From Camelus dromedarius (taxonomy: Eukaryota): a stretch of DNA of 64,000 bases. Below are positions 23,801 through 38,349 of the stretch, in pieces. How positions within the stretch are numbered: position 1 is the stretch's first letter; the number at the start of each line of letters is the position of its first letter. The DNA lies in the NCBI RefSeq assembly GCF_036321535.1, contig NC_087436.1, positions 68,326,001 through 68,390,000 of the forward strand, in the 5' to 3' direction. The notes under the pieces are model-generated. The model saw only the letters and a program-made list of their open reading frames with translations. It searched no databases and was not told where the DNA came from. A program made the position numbers and the translations under genes.

Positions 23801-25714
23801 TCTAAAACCTAGAAAAGTTATCCAAAAAAAAAAAAAGAGAGTTGATGAAATCCTTTAGAATCTTCACTTATGGGTATAAGCATACACCAATACGTTCACA
23901 GGCCCAGGTCCAAAATTAAATCAATTTGTAAACTGAAGGATAATGGTGACCAAACAGAGAAACTCTTTATTCAGAGATATACATAAACAAAACAAACTAG
24001 GGAAACATAAACATCTCTCTATTCTTGTCAAATTCCAAAGTAGAGCTTTTGTTCTGATTGTTGTTTTATTTTGGTTTACATTCTTTAAGTTAAGCTTAGA
24101 ATTCCATCTGACCAAATAAATTACAATAGCAGAGACTTTCCCTTGCAAACCTTATCACTACATTAATGTTCAGTAGGTTTGTATAAAACAAAGCCATACC
24201 TAGTGCAGTATGATAACCCGTATGTGCATCATCTACTTGATGTACTGTAAGTGGTCATTAGTTTAATTCACCAGATCAAATATTAGCCTGATGTCCCTTC
24301 CCAGACAAACATGGAACTCAGAATGGAATCTTGGGAGCCATTAGTGAAGCCAGAATGGCCCAAATTCTGCAGAGTATGGAGATAAAGATGATCCAAATGC
24401 AATGTCCAGGGGATAATACAAAGCCAAAGAAGGAGGCCACAAAACTGGGTCATCCATCTCAAGAGGTTAGGCAAAGCAACAGAATCTAGGCAAGAAAGAA
24501 CAAAAGGCAAAACCAGGAACACAAAGCAGAACAACAGGTTTAAAATGAAAAGAGAGCAGCAGAGTCTGGAGTTGCATGCATGAACGGGGCCTGCGATGCT
24601 GATCATGGCTGGGGAGGACTCCTTCAAGGGCGTAGCCAAACTGGCTCAGAAAACGCAAGAAATAGAAAAATGTATTTTTACTTTAACAGGATATTCAGTA
24701 TTCAAATTAACAAGTCCTTTATCCAAGATCAGAAGTAAGTCTGTATCTGAACATTTAGTTTGGTTTTGTTGTTGTTATATTTTAATGAGTTCCTACTAGT
24801 TCCACTGTAAAGTTATAGTGACTGAGGCGACATAAACTAGTCTAAGGACAACCCTCACCCGAGGGAAACTGCAGTCTCATCCAGAAGATGATCAATTAAT
24901 AAAACCAACAATGATGGCGTGCATATAAGGTGAGTGTGAAGCGAGCACACCACAAAGGTCAGGTGTGAGAAGGGGCATTAGTATTTCACTTTTTCTCAAT
25001 AACATGCATCTACTCTGAGCCCACACCTGCCTGCATGGTAGGAAATGAAAATACCAGCAATATGGGGAGGAACCACCCCTTCTCACAATCACACAAAAAC
25101 TGAGAGTCTTCTGCAACCCAAGATATTCAAGAAAGGGTCCTTAGATCTTCAGCCCACACTGGTCACCACTGATATGTACACTGAACAATCCTGAAAGAGG
25201 CCTCATTCATGTGCCACCACTGGTCCTGGGTGAAACTTGGACAAGGAGATTGTTCAGCTTCCCTGGGTGTAGAGCATTAACATTCACTACGGAGGTCCAG
25301 CCTCTGCCCCAGGGAGCCCCAGGGGAGAAAAGACTAGTCCTCACTATTGATGGAACCTGGAAGATTCCTTCTAAGTCTTGCCTAAAACTCTCAAAGCCTC
25401 TCTCCTCTCCAACATCACCCACTTCTGTCTCTCCTGATGTTTGGACCCAGTTCTCCTTTGACCCAGTCCTCTCAGAGGCTCCATGCTTTTGAAAACCTGA
25501 GTGAAGGAATGGGGGGGACATGACAAGTTTTTCTTCCAAAGCTGAAACACTAATGCTGTTAGCAGAATCCTAAGTCAAAGAATTTAAAGGCCTTCCTACA
25601 TCCTTGGGATAAAGAAGGCACAGTATCTATAGCAGCAAGATGAAGCCCAAAGCAGTACGTTGATGCACATAATTCCCTTAACGACACAGCACCAAATGCA
25701 TCTGAGAAGGCAGC

Positions 25715-25950
25715 ACGATTTAAGTGGTAAGAACACCATCGAGTGCAGAGTTATTACACACAGATTTGAATCCCAGATCTATCAGATGCCAATTTTGACC
25801 TAGAGCAAACCACTCTTTCTTTCTTACCCTTGGACTTCACTGTGAAGTGGGAATAACGATACTTGTTTTCACCAAACCATGAAGTAGTTTTGAGGATCCA
25901 ATCAGGGAAGGCATGTGAAGATAGTTTTTCAACTGGAAAGCATTTAAACA
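25715..25950 (+). mobile_element. MIR
   Basis: gtggtaagaacac...tttgaatcccag...ctgtgaagtgggaataac...tgaggatccaatcaggg. Confidence 0.6.
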
Positions 25951-28389
25951 AATGTGGAGGTTTGGATACCCTAGAAATAAAAAGAAGTAAGAAATCAATG
26001 TGTACTAGACTTGCTGCAGAAAATTTCATGGAGGAAATGGATCTGAGTTCCATGGTATGGGGGTGATGATAGAATTTAGACAGAAAGTAAAGGGAATATT
26101 TGGGGAAGAAATTGAAAGGCAAGATTGACCAGAACCTGACTCAAGGGCTAGCCTGTCGCCAACCTACAATGGGCCTTTGTACCTACCACCACTGAGTGAC
26201 TTAGACAGAAAGGTGTCTGTCTGCAGAAGGATAAGGTTTTTGAGCCATCAGCCTCCAGGGAATGGGGGATCTGGGCAGCTCAGTGTAGCACCCACCTCGG
26301 GCACACATCTAGTGGGAAATATCTTTGGACCTAGAACTCTGGTATCCTGAACCCCAAGAAATGTTCTGTTTTCAGGTGTGTGTGCTTGCACGCATGTGCA
26401 TGTTTTCAGGCACTGACTCAATAGCTATAATCAGTAACCAAGAACACTTTTTTCTCTACTAGAAAAAGAACGAAAAAAAAGTCCTGTTGCCAAAACAATT
26501 AAAAAAAAGCAGTCCTTTAACTTCTGTGACCTATATATTCTTTATCAATAATATAAAAAGTAATAGAAATAATATCAACAATATAAAAACAGAAGAAAAC
26601 AATTTTGACAGTATTAGTACAAGAGTAAGTGAAGAGGGGAACTGTGTGATTTCTTTCCTTCCCCCGGGATTTTCATAAATCCAGAGAGGCAAGGGCTGGC
26701 ATCAGCTTGCTGTTTGATTGCCACAGGAGAGTAAGAGGCAGGAAAGGTTTTTGCTGTTGCTTTTACAGCCTGTTCCGACTCAGTATTTATTTGTTGACAT
26801 GAAAGCATCAACAGCTTATGCATCAACTTAAGGCTACTGTTTGTTCAATTTTAATCAAAATACTTGTCATCCAGCAGTATGACTCTCTTTGCCAAGACAG
26901 ATACAGCCCAGAAATCAGCTTTCATCAGGAAAATGCTATTCAAGTCTTCTTCATGTTGGCTTATCTGTTAGGCATCTGTCATGATGTGTCCCTCACATGT
27001 CCCTCTGTCTTATAAAACTAGAATGATGTCTGGTGGTCACATAAGCAATGTGTGTGTTGGGATGAGGAGAGGAATACATCACTGGGTAAAATCCTCACTA
27101 TAATTTCAGAGAAGAAACTACTGGCATATTTGTATTTTCTCAGTGAGGCTGCCTTATTTGAGATGGTTTAATAGGTAAAAAGTAAGCCAGTAGTGTAAGT
27201 GTAAGGAGAAAGCTCTGAATTATGGGGATAGAATGTTGGAACATTCTCACCAATTAGCTAAAATATCTCACAGATATTACCTACCATTGTTTTCCACTAT
27301 ATAAAATACCTGTGGTCTTATTTTAGTCTCTGACATACATCAAAATTACTACACATTAAACGTTGCACTACTGTATCATGTAAGCCTCAGTTCAGAAAAG
27401 TTCCCACGTTTGCTACCTATTAGTTCCTCTTACAAATGATCTTTCTTGAATCTGGGGCAGAAAAAAGGAGTTCAAATAAATAAGCAAAGGGAACAAAATA
27501 GTGTGTTGACATTTTTCAGGACCTTTTTCATTCTGAAGATATTTTTAGCTTAGCAGTTTGACAACCCACATCTATACACACCTTCGCATATACATGTAAC
27601 TATATTTAGATGTAAATGCAACTTGCATCTCCTCCCTTTTGACTTAATAGCAGAGCAAGCCTGCTCCATAGAGTAAGGAAATCAGCATGTAACTTAAGTT
27701 CTCTTGAGATTCTTACAATAGGAAATCAAGAAGAAAAGGCATCAATAAATGATTTGGGGATAACATCAGTACTTCAACTCAGAAGCTGCTCTAGAAAGTT
27801 TATCGTTGATTGTCTCTTACAAGTCATCATTTTACAGATGAGGAAATGAGACCAAATGAAATACAGTGTCTCGTCTTGGGCCATTTACCTATTTAATTGC
27901 TACATCAGAACAAGAACCCAAGTTTTCTGACTCCCTATCACACTCAAACCATCCACCCATGGAATAGGCAGGCAATGGTCGTAACCCACTGGCTCCAATC
28001 CAGAATAGAAGCTATTTACCCTTTCAGTCCCTCCTGATGGGAAAGTTCTCGCTAACTGAGTCCCTCAATTGAATAAGACTGAGTACTTAGGTGGTTAGAG
28101 AGCACTAGGTCTAGAAAGTGATATATTTTACATAGATTCAGAAAGCAACATACCTATAAATGATGTTTCCTACCTCTAATAACAATACTGCTGTCACAAC
28201 ATACGTCAAAATATATTTAGATATTTTAAGGTACATGATATTTAAAGATTACCTCATTACAAGAAAATTAATAGTAAAATATAATCTGTGCATAGTGCTT
28301 CACAATTTACAAGTTATTTTATATACATTGTCTATGAAGACATTCAGTGTGGAATTTAACTCCAACTCATCCTTTAGGTAGTAGTTTAG

Positions 28390-28620
28390 AAGCTGCTTCA
28401 TCCAGGAAGCCCTCCCTAACCTCTATAGGTGAAATTAGGCAGCTCTGCCATGTGTCCCTCTAGCAGTTAGCTTCCTTGTCTGACTATGTCATCTCCACCT
28501 GAGTTCTCTGGGACAGGCACCATTTCTGCATCACTCCCCAGTGTATGCTCAAATCCTAGGGGCATGTCTGGCACTTATTATATACTCAATAATGATTTGT
28601 TCATAAATAAATAAATGAAC
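28390..28620 (+). mobile_element. L2 3' end
   Basis: tccaggaagcctccctaacc...gtctggcac...ctcaataatgatttgttcataaataaataaatgaa. Confidence 0.65.
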
Positions 28621-29878
28621 AAAAGAAATATTCTGACAACTTAGAAGTGAAGGGAAAAAAGACGTTTTAAATGCCAAGGGTTTTCTAGAGAAGACAGCTA
28701 TACAGGCTGAGGGTCAGGTCCTCTATGTGGCTCTTTCTTTCCTCCATTTCTGCACCAACACATTTTCTAAAACCTTCATACATTATCATAATGGCTTTAG
28801 TGGCAGTAGTTCTAACAGGGCAATGAGGACAGAGCAGGAATTTTTTTCACATCTGGTCCACCTTCAAAATGTTTTTAAGTCAGATACAGCGTGAAAGCTT
28901 CCTTTCTTGCTAATGGTACTGTTGCTATTCAACAGGAACAGTTTGCTTTGGGTACCTTTTGTACCACAGCCGTATACGTTAGCTCCCCTTATCAAACACA
29001 CAGAAGACACTGGGAGAAAGATGGTAGAGATGATCTCCTTCCTACGACTTTGTAAACTCCCATAAGGGCTTAAGGTCTGGGAAGTGACAGATAGGGGATT
29101 TTATCTTTCACAAAATAATCACAAATGTAGTTAAACCAACTACACTCTGGAGGCCCATACTGATTTATAATGGGAAGTAAAAGCCACATGTCCCTGGTCA
29201 GAACGTGGCTTTTTCAGTCCCAGGATAGCTGATCAATAAAATAATTTTGGCACCACTTAGGCTGGAATAAAATGGCTAACAGAAATGTGGATGATAACTA
29301 ACATCCAAATTTCTACATCAAATAAATGATACTATTTCTCCCGCTTCTTTCCCTCTTTCACTCCATCCCTCTCCATTTTTAAGCCCTCCTAGGAATCGTT
29401 TGTCATCCCTGCAAAACCCAAATGGCTGACTTTAAAAATACATGTTTATAAAATACTCGTACTATGCTCTGCCTCTTAGACTCCCTTGAAATAAAGCAGC
29501 CATAATCTCAGTGACAGTTGCCGCCATTAACGCTGATCATAAAAGCTGGTAAAGAGGGAGAGATGCTGATTTACCATTCATTGCTATGCTCGTATATCCT
29601 GTTTCTAATAAAAATCAGGAAAATTATTACTTTCTGAAAGCTTAGTGCTTCAACATGTTTATTTCGAACCTCTTCTACAGTTAAGACTTCCATGTTCCTC
29701 GTGCTATTTTTTTCTTCCTGAGGAGCTGCCAGTGTAAACGTGCCACACTTGAGCTCCATAGCATGCTAAGCTGGAAGAGCACATGTCCCACGTCGATAGT
29801 GGAAAACGTTGTGTTTAGGGAGCAGCGAAGCAAGCTACAACTCAGACTAAGACATAAATGCTGCTTGAGACTCCAGTT

Positions 29879-29888
29879 CCATTTATGG
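29879..29888. promoter_or_regulatory. Perfect CArG box (CCATTTATGG), candidate SRF site, in a CpG-retaining non-repeat segment
   Basis: Exact match to CC(A/T)6GG; function is inferred only. Confidence 0.35.
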
Positions 29889-31049
29889 ATGCAATATAAT
29901 TTGAAAAGCTTAGATAGCTTTCCCGTAAGAATTTTTACTCCCAAGATTTAGTTTAAAATAGTGGTACCACAATGTTTGATGTGAATAATACCTTATTTTT
30001 AATTTCTTCTTTAAGTTTTAGCTAACACATTAATATAAATGAAGTCAAGCAGCACTAAAAGTATACAGCAATATGGTGTACCAAATGCTAAAGTCATTGG
30101 CATATATATCGGAATAAGTTGTAGGACTCTAAGAATATATGGCATTAGTTTGGTTTAGCTTGATAATTTATATGTTACTTCCACTTAACTCAAAATTATA
30201 TTGTAGAAACACTAATAAGAGTTTTTAAATGAGCTTTTGACCTAGCCACATTACCAACTGTAAAATTGTATCCCCTCCAAAAAACAGAGAGTTGTTCAAT
30301 ATAAAGTGATCACCAGGTCACCCCCAACACACATACACACACACTGAATCAAGCATACTTACATTTAAAAGAAAAAAAAAGGCAGAGGTCCAAAGTAGGA
30401 CATTGAGTCATACTAATTCATACCCTCCCAAAACACAAAGTCATAATGTCAACTCCATAATTTATTTATTTAATTTATTTTTTCCTTTAACAAATGTGTA
30501 CTGAGTACTTACTAGGTAGAAGTCACTTTGCTAGATGTTAGAGATACGATGGAGAACAAAACTGGTACAATGCATTTTATTTTCTAAGACTAGAAATTCA
30601 AGTGAGAAAGTAAAAAAAAGCACAGTTATTTGAGATTGCTTTAAGTGTCAGAAAGAAAAGAATAGTATTATCAGATAGAGCACATCGTTACATTCAGAGG
30701 TACACAGTCTCTCATTACATAAATACTGCTTGTGCCAACTATCTCCCCAGTAGACTCACCATCACTGTTCCTTCCTAGGATTTGGAAAGAGAAATTAAAG
30801 AGTTATGGAAGAAGACTTGGAAGCCAAGATTGGAAGCTTTTTGTGGGAAATTGGAGTGAGTCTTGAGATGTGTCAAGCACATAGAAGATAACTGGATGGA
30901 TGGATGGATGGATGGACAGATGGAAAGATGGAGAAGAAACTCAGAAAAGTGAAGAAAGGGTACTCAATTTCAACAGAAACAACAAATATTTAATGAGTCC
31001 CCACGATGATACAGTACAGATTTAGAGCTCAAGGACACATAGTAATATT

Positions 31050-31290
31050 GGTAATGGTTAACATTTATTGAGCACTTCCTAAGTGCCAAGCACTACCTAA
31101 GTGCCAAGCACTACGATCAGAACTCTTACATACATTACATTATTTAATGTTTACTACAAACTAACAACGTAGTTATTATTATAATTCTCATTTTGCAGAT
31201 GAGGAATTACAAAGATTTTTAAAATTTCCTTGCTCAAGGTCACACAGTTAAAGAAAAGTTCTAGGATTAGTGTCCGGGCATTCCTACTCC
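31050..31290 (-). mobile_element. MIR with an internal 18-bp tandem duplication
   Basis: aacatttattgagcactt...ctcattttgcagatgaggaa...ttgctcaaggtcacacag; cctaagtgccaagcacta occurs twice in tandem at 31078-31113. Confidence 0.8.
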
Positions 31291-33045
31291 ATTCTCCTAC
31301 ACTCTACCTGGATAGATTGTCATCATTTAGGTAGATCAGCTCATAATATATTGAGGAGGAGGGTTCTAGATAAATATGTTGGTAAAATATAAGACAAACA
31401 CCATAAGAGACTATAAATGAAGTGTATGTTGTCTCAAAGAAGTAAGTATCACCTCCAGTAAAAATCTGTAGCCAGAAGACTCAATGACCAAACTCAGCAA
31501 CATGTTCCAGATCCTGCAAAGCATTTCTTTGCAATAATTTACTCTGCTAATTCTATTACTATCTCAACTAAGATAATTTATTTCTCTTTCTTCTTCATTT
31601 AAAATTCAGAGTTAATCCTTCCTGTCTCTGTTCCTGGAGTACTTTGCATAAATTTTTAATTATTATCGTTTATTTAGAGATCTACTTCCCCCAATGGAAA
31701 AATTTCCCTGCAGGTAAGGACTCTCCATAGTTGGTCCCTAACCTTATTGCCTAGAATTGGTGTATAGCAAATAGACAATAAATGTCCATTCAATAAATTG
31801 TTAGGTACCTTAATGGCCACACAGATGTAACACAGTAGTATGCCCTCAATTTAAATGCAATAATTATAACTTAGCTCTAGATTAAATGACTTCTTAATGC
31901 ATGAAGACTTTTGAGATGACAGGCATTCAGGCACCGTTTTACTACAGTTTCAAATGGATGACTTCTGTACTATAATAATTGAAGAGACTGCTAGATCAGT
32001 TAAAACCACTAATATTTTCTCAAGCACTATGCATCTCTGTACAAGGAGTCAGACTAAAAACAGCAAATACATGCCACAGTGTGCCACCCACTCCTCTTCC
32101 ACCCTGCAGAAGACTCTGCTGATGGATCCTAACATTCATCTCTTCTGAGCACGGGCTGAGCCCTAGCATCCTCTGAGCGTGACATTCTAGCAGTTACTGC
32201 CAACTGATGGGCACTTTGTAATCACCTAACACTCACTTGTCATGCTTGAACTGGGTCAAGTCACATAATTTTCCCATCTGTAACATTTTACTAGTTAGCA
32301 CTTCTTTCAGTGAGGAAAGCAAGCACATGGGCATCTCAGGGAAATATCAGATAATCAAGGTTCCAGATTCTATTTGAGCCAGCTGGGTCCCAAGGGCTAG
32401 TCTATAGACCACTGTTGATCTGCAATTGATTTTTCACTACTTCATGGGGGGAAAAAAGAAGAGAAGAGAAAAAAATAGTCCACATGCGCATCTGACTGGT
32501 TGCATTAGAATCACCTAGGGAGCTTTTTAAATATATAGATCACCCGTCCTGAATCGACATCTCTAGGGATTAAGTCTAGAAACTGTGAATACATGTATAA
32601 GAGGCAGTCAGGTTTAGGTACTGCTGAATGTTTGTGTCTGTAGGTATATTTTCAGCTGCATATTTTTGAAACAATATTTTTTTTCTAAAACTATGTCATT
32701 TTTATCATTCTTAAGTTTTACATTTTTCATTTGTGAAATATTGGAAATAGTAAATGATAGTAGTGAGGGAATTTTGTGTTACTTTTTTAGCGCCATTCCA
32801 CGCAAAATAGAGCTGGAACTCTTTCTGAAATTTAGCCAATCTTTTAAACCTAACACTCTGAAAGCCATGGGCCTAGTGGTATCCACCTCTCAGACTAGAC
32901 AAGTCTGCTCATTCAGGATGACATGGTGGGTGAAACAAGCCTGCCAGAAATCTATTTTTATTCAAAGCTGAAGAACCTCCTGGAAGACAACTCAACCCAA
33001 AAGGAAAAAAAAGTGTCAAGAGGACAAGCTGGGCTAAGCAGCAAA

Positions 33046-33065
33046 TCCCTCCAGCAGATGGTGGG
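33046..33065 (+). promoter_or_regulatory. Candidate CTCF site
   Basis: ccagcagatggtgg matches the core CCASYAGRKGGC at 11 of 12 positions. Confidence 0.35.
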
Positions 33066-34179
33066 CAATGCTTCCGGTGTTTGCCATACGCCTGGCCCTG
33101 GCACATCCCCAGGCATGGTCTTTAAGTCTGAGTGCTGTGCAGTGCGGTTATGAGAGGAAAGGAAAAGAAAAGGGGGCAGGTTATAACTTAAGAAACAAGA
33201 GCCAAACGCTTCATTCCGACCTCTGTAAGTTATCGAGGTTTGGAAACACCCTGAAGAGCATAGCACATAGAGGGGGCAGAGGCATTCCCCCAGCTGTCCC
33301 TGTGCCGCTGGGTAGCTTGGGGACCTCAGAGCCTTCAGCAGACCTGTGGCAGTGGCTGCTTGATGGGAGACAAAGAAGGAGCTGCCATGAGAGAGAAGTA
33401 ACCGCAGTGTTTGGCCAAAGAGGGCAGCAGAGCCCAGAGTGGAGATTAGCAGTGTCCAGCAGCAGCAATGGCCCCCAGCAGGCAGTGTGGCACCCAGCAG
33501 CCACGTCCATGGTGGAGCAGTGCTCAGGGCAGGCCATGTGGTTCTCTGTGAGGATTTATAACAAACCTCTCAGAAACACTTGTGGCAAAAAGGGAGAATA
33601 CTTTATAGGGAGCTCAGGACCAGCATTCATAGGCTCTGACAAGATAATCTGACAGTCACCCTATTTCAAAGCCCAGTGTAGCCTGGATGACCCATTTCAC
33701 ATCCCAGTGTAGTTTAGTCCACCAAGCAAGCAGCCTCTGTGAAATGAGAATGAAGACACCATAGCAAATCCCACAGGGGCATTCCCCTACAGCACTCCAG
33801 GTTCTGAATTTCTCTTCTGGTCACATACACACAAGGTCAAACTAGTCCAGGGAAATGAGAAATGACCCTAGCATAAACACATCAAAATTAATTCAAGCTA
33901 AGACCCAAATGACCCCAGGGAAAATCTTTTTCACAACTACTAAATTTTTGTACAAGAAATAAATAGGGGTGGCTGCCCATCCCACAGTAATTCTCCATCC
34001 AGCATCTGTGTATTATCCCTATTAATCTACCAGAAAGAAACCTCACTCCCTTGGTCAAAGCAATGGGCTGATCCAACCTCCTGCCCTGGCTATAGCAGCT
34101 GACACAAGAATCAAATTAGCATCCTTTCTTTGTTATTTTTCCAAGAGAAGCTAAGAGAGATTACTCTGTTTCTATTGTT

Positions 34180-34910
34180 CTGATTTTTTCTGATTGAGCA
34201 CCTATGCTGCCAGAAAAAGTTCATCTGCAGTAGCAACAAATGAGGACAACACAGAAAGTAGCAGAGAGGAGAAAGGGTGAGGGAAGTGTACAATGGTGTT
34301 CAAGACCCTAGCTTCCATCTCTGAGGTCCTTTGAATTACTGTGGTTCTTATAGCAATTCATTTGACTGCATGAATTGCTCTCAATGCCTGAATAAATTTC
34401 CTAGTTTGAGTTAGCTTTCTGTCACTTGCCACCAAAAGAATCCAGTATTAATTAAGATCTTTTCAGCTGCAAGTAAGAAAGATTCATTAATAATATCCTA
34501 AAAGTTAAGAATATTGATTGTTAACAAATCTAGAAGTGGTCTTATTTTCAAAAATGTCATCAGCAAGGACCAAGTTTCTTTTTCTTCTCCTACTCTGTCC
34601 TTCTCAGAGTCCAAAATTTTGCCTCAGGCTTGTAGCCTCATGGTCACAGATGGCTGCCACACCACTAGGCATCATAACCTCATATCACAGCATCCAAAGC
34701 AGGAAAAGAGAGCAGGGTACAAATGAGCTCTGTTACTTGAGAAGGAAAATATTTACCTCAGCAAATTTTCTCTTACATCTCATTGGCTAGAAATGTAAGA
34801 ATGATGATGGGCTTCTACCTCACAATTTATACCCATGACCAGCATCCTGTTAGCAAGGAAAAAATGGAAATTAACACTGGAGTGAGCAACCAGTAATGTC
34901 TATCACAAAT
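34180..34910. mobile_element. Two old ERVL/MaLR-type LTR fragments, tail to tail (~34180-34450 plus, ~34455-34910 minus)
   Basis: ctagtttgagttagctttctgtcacttgccaccaaaaga (MLT1/LTR33-like 3' end), followed by an inverted counterpart cagctgcaagtaagaaa...catggtcacagatggctgcc...tctcattggctagaa. Confidence 0.55.
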
Positions 34911-37254
34911 CTACAGGGATTTAAGGTTCATGGAGTATAACTGTGGTCATATTTCAATCTGGATTCTTAAATGATGATAATGATGGTGGTGGTGATGATG
35001 ATGATGATAATTAATATTTCTAACTCTGGACCAGGCCCTATACTAAGAAATTTACTTAGTTCTTCATAAATCCAATGAGGTAGATATTATTATTGCTACC
35101 AGCATATTAGACATGAGGAAAGAGGCATCCAGGAACTAAGTAACTCATGTGAAGCTGTGTGGCTAGAAAGTATGGTGTCAAGATTTGAATTCAAGAAGTT
35201 GAACCCTGAGGATGAAGATCTGTTACACTATATTGCACCAGACTGTCTCTCTCCAAAATCAAATGAGATAACAGTAGTGAGAAAATATGCAGTTTTGTGC
35301 ACATGAAAAATATGGTGGTTAAAGTGTTATTTCTTCCTTGGCTGACCTTGAAATTATACATGCTGTATTTCCAAAAAGAACACATTAATTCCAAAATGTA
35401 GATCATTCCCACTAACCTCCTTTCTGGTCCTTTCTATGCACACAAATGACAGGGTATAGAATTAGAAAATTCTTTATACAAGGAAATATGGAACAATTCA
35501 ATTAATAATTTCAATTTCATTTGGTGTTAAAGGTGTTTTAAAAATAGATATCTTTATCTCAATGAAAGGAAGACCATTAAATGAAAAGAAGTCCCTCTGA
35601 AGATTGAGAACTCAATGGCACTAAATTAGTCAATGGAGTTAAAATTACAAAGACGTAAATCCCAGGGAAGATTTTATAGTGTCTTTTATCCAGTGACTTT
35701 GGATAGCAGGCCTTGGGAGAAAGACAAAATTCATCCTAAAGAAGCATGAGAAGCTAAAACTTAAAAAAAAAAAAAAAGTACTCTTACAACTGTAAAAAGA
35801 CAGATGACATTGAACAGTGTAATATCATTTTCCAAGCAAAGTGCATTAAAAACAGAGGGAAACAAAGTAAATTTAGATTAAGCCAATCTAAAAGTTAAGT
35901 CAACTGGATTTATTAGAATTTAGGAACCTAACTTTCTGTTCTTATTTTTAATGATTACAACTATTAGTCATGCAGGCAAACTTTTTAAAAAAAAAAACGA
36001 GCATAATTCCTGTCTCAACAGTTTCCCTTTAATTAACTCTCTGGTCTAATGTCAGCCAATTGTTTTCAAACGGTGATTAACTTTAGCTCCACAGTGTGAA
36101 CAGTGACCAAGCTGTGTCTCTATAGCAGCTGCCATTTCATACCTGAAGAGGCAAAGGAGATGACTGCCTGCTGGATTGGGATAATAACTGAGGACCATTA
36201 AAATGAAAATGCCCTTGACATCTTCAATAGACAATGTTAATAACTTCTACCCAGCCACATAGATGACTTGTTTCCCTCCATCTCTAATAGAAAATAAGAG
36301 AAAAGGATTATCAATATAATCCCATAAATTAAATTAAATTAAATTAATTGGAAGCCTAATGCTAAACAACCAAGTTTCCTCAAGCCACTCTTACTTTATA
36401 CAAGTAATTCAGCTCAGTTCAGTTATTAGCGAGTTCAACAGAGAAAAGAAGTTTGCTTGAAATACAAATTTATTCATTCATATTAAGCACCTTCATTCAT
36501 CCAAGCATTGAACTAGGACCAAGGATAGAAATGAGGTAATCCTAGACCTTGACATCAAATTAGCCATAAAAGCCACCATAGCTCAAGAAACCAGAAATTT
36601 ATCCATCCCTTAAAACTGATAAAATAAATTTTCCCCTGAGTTCAAGAATTTGTGCATTCCATTGACGATGCATATGATCTTAGTTTTTTTTTGGGGGGGG
36701 GGTATAAATATGATGTCTTCATACACCCATAAGATTTCAAAAAATTTTCAAATCACTGAAATCATCCCCCTAACATTTTCAGCAAAAAACTCCAAAACAA
36801 GGTATCTTTACTGATTCTTCTAGTACCTTGGTTCTACTCAACACTAAAAGACGTAGATGTTTAATTAGCCCACCAACCAATCACCTGAATGTCAACGTGA
36901 CAAACTACCTATTTTCTAGTATTTTCTATATATCTAGAAGTAGCCAAATGCTTGGCATCCAATTACCAAAGTATCTGAATGACTGATCTACTCCTAATTG
37001 TCATCCCAAAATTTTAGTTTAAAGTAAAAACTGAATACTGAATATCAATTTTTTATTTTAATGCAAATTCCTTAAGATTTAACTTGATCTTCATCTTTCT
37101 TCTTGTTCTGTTGTGATGCAAAGAGAATAATGCTTACAATTTTCTATGTCCTTGTCTTGAGAGAAAATAGCAGTTCTATTGATTACCACTGGTAATGTTT
37201 TGAAATTTATGATAGATGATAACTCTACTATTACTGAGATCAATTAATATATTT

Positions 37255-38150
37255 ACATTTTCAACAATTATTCAGCAGCTATATGGACCAGATACTATGT
37301 TACACACTGGAGATGCAAGGGTGAGACACAGTCCTATTCTTTTGAAACTTCGAGTCTTGTGGGAGAGACAGAAACATAATCATATAGATATATGTAGAAC
37401 AGTGACAAATGATTTTACATAAGTTTACAGCATTATAAAAGCCTCAACTAACAGAATATGAATTTTTGAAGGAAATGAGAGACTTCCTTAGGCAAATGAT
37501 TTTCAAGCTGAGAAAGAAAGAATTGGTAGAAGAGAAAAACAGTGTCCTAATCAGAAGTAAGAGTATAAGCAAAGGCCCTGTGGCAAGAGAAAGCATGGTT
37601 ATAAGGCAGTAGTTCTCACAGTGTGGTCAGAAACCTCTGTGAAAATAGTCAAAAGTATTTTCATAATAATATGTTACTTGCATTTTCCACTATAATTCTC
37701 TCATGGATGTGCTGTGAAATTTTCCAGTGGCAACATGTGATACTGCAACAGATTAAATGCAGGAGCAGATAAGAATCCTTCAGTCTTTCATTAAGCCAGA
37801 TATTATGGAAACTTGCAGAACTGTAAAATGAAGCCAGTCGTCTTACAAGTTTTTTTTTTATTTGAAAAAATGTAGTTAATTTTTATTAAAAAATAATTAA
37901 CAAGAAAAGCCCGTTAATGTTATTTCTAATGAATTAAGAAATGCTCACTTTGAAATGTTTTTTAGTTTTCATTTCTAATTATGGGAAACATCAATAAATA
38001 TAGCACACACACAAAAAAGCTCACTGTCATCCTCAATAAATTTTAAGATAATCAAGGGATGGGGTGCTGAGACCAAAAATGTTTGAAACCTGCTGATATG
38101 AAGAAATCAAAAAAGGAGAGTGTGGCTGAAGCAGAGAGAGTGAGAAGACC
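37255..38150 (-). mobile_element. L2 fragment interrupted by MER119
   Basis: tcaacaattattcagcagctatatggaccagatactatg...gcaaaggccctgtggcaaga[insert]...gtgtggctgaagcagagagagtgag. Confidence 0.6.
37607..38095 (+). mobile_element. MER119-like hAT-Charlie element
   Basis: TIRs cagtagttctcacagtgtggtc and gaccaaaaatgtttgaaacctgctg; internal gcaacagattaaatgcaggagcagat...attaagccaga. Confidence 0.82.
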
Positions 38151-38349
38151 CCTTATCAGAGTACTGCTTCCTTTTTCTGACCCCCTCCTTAACAATATCC
38201 CACTTATTACCTTTCAGTGTAGGAAAAATAACTCAGCCTGTCTGTCACAAATGCATAGATATGCATGTACACTTGTGCACATGTATGTGTGTGTGCATGC
38301 TTATGTGTGAAGTAGAGAAGACAAACAGTAGTTCCTTGGTTCCTGGAAT

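Noticed and set aside
33068..33652. 194-aa ORF, the longest in the window
   Set aside because: Overlapping ORFs on both strands in a GC-rich patch, no recognisable domain and no splice context.
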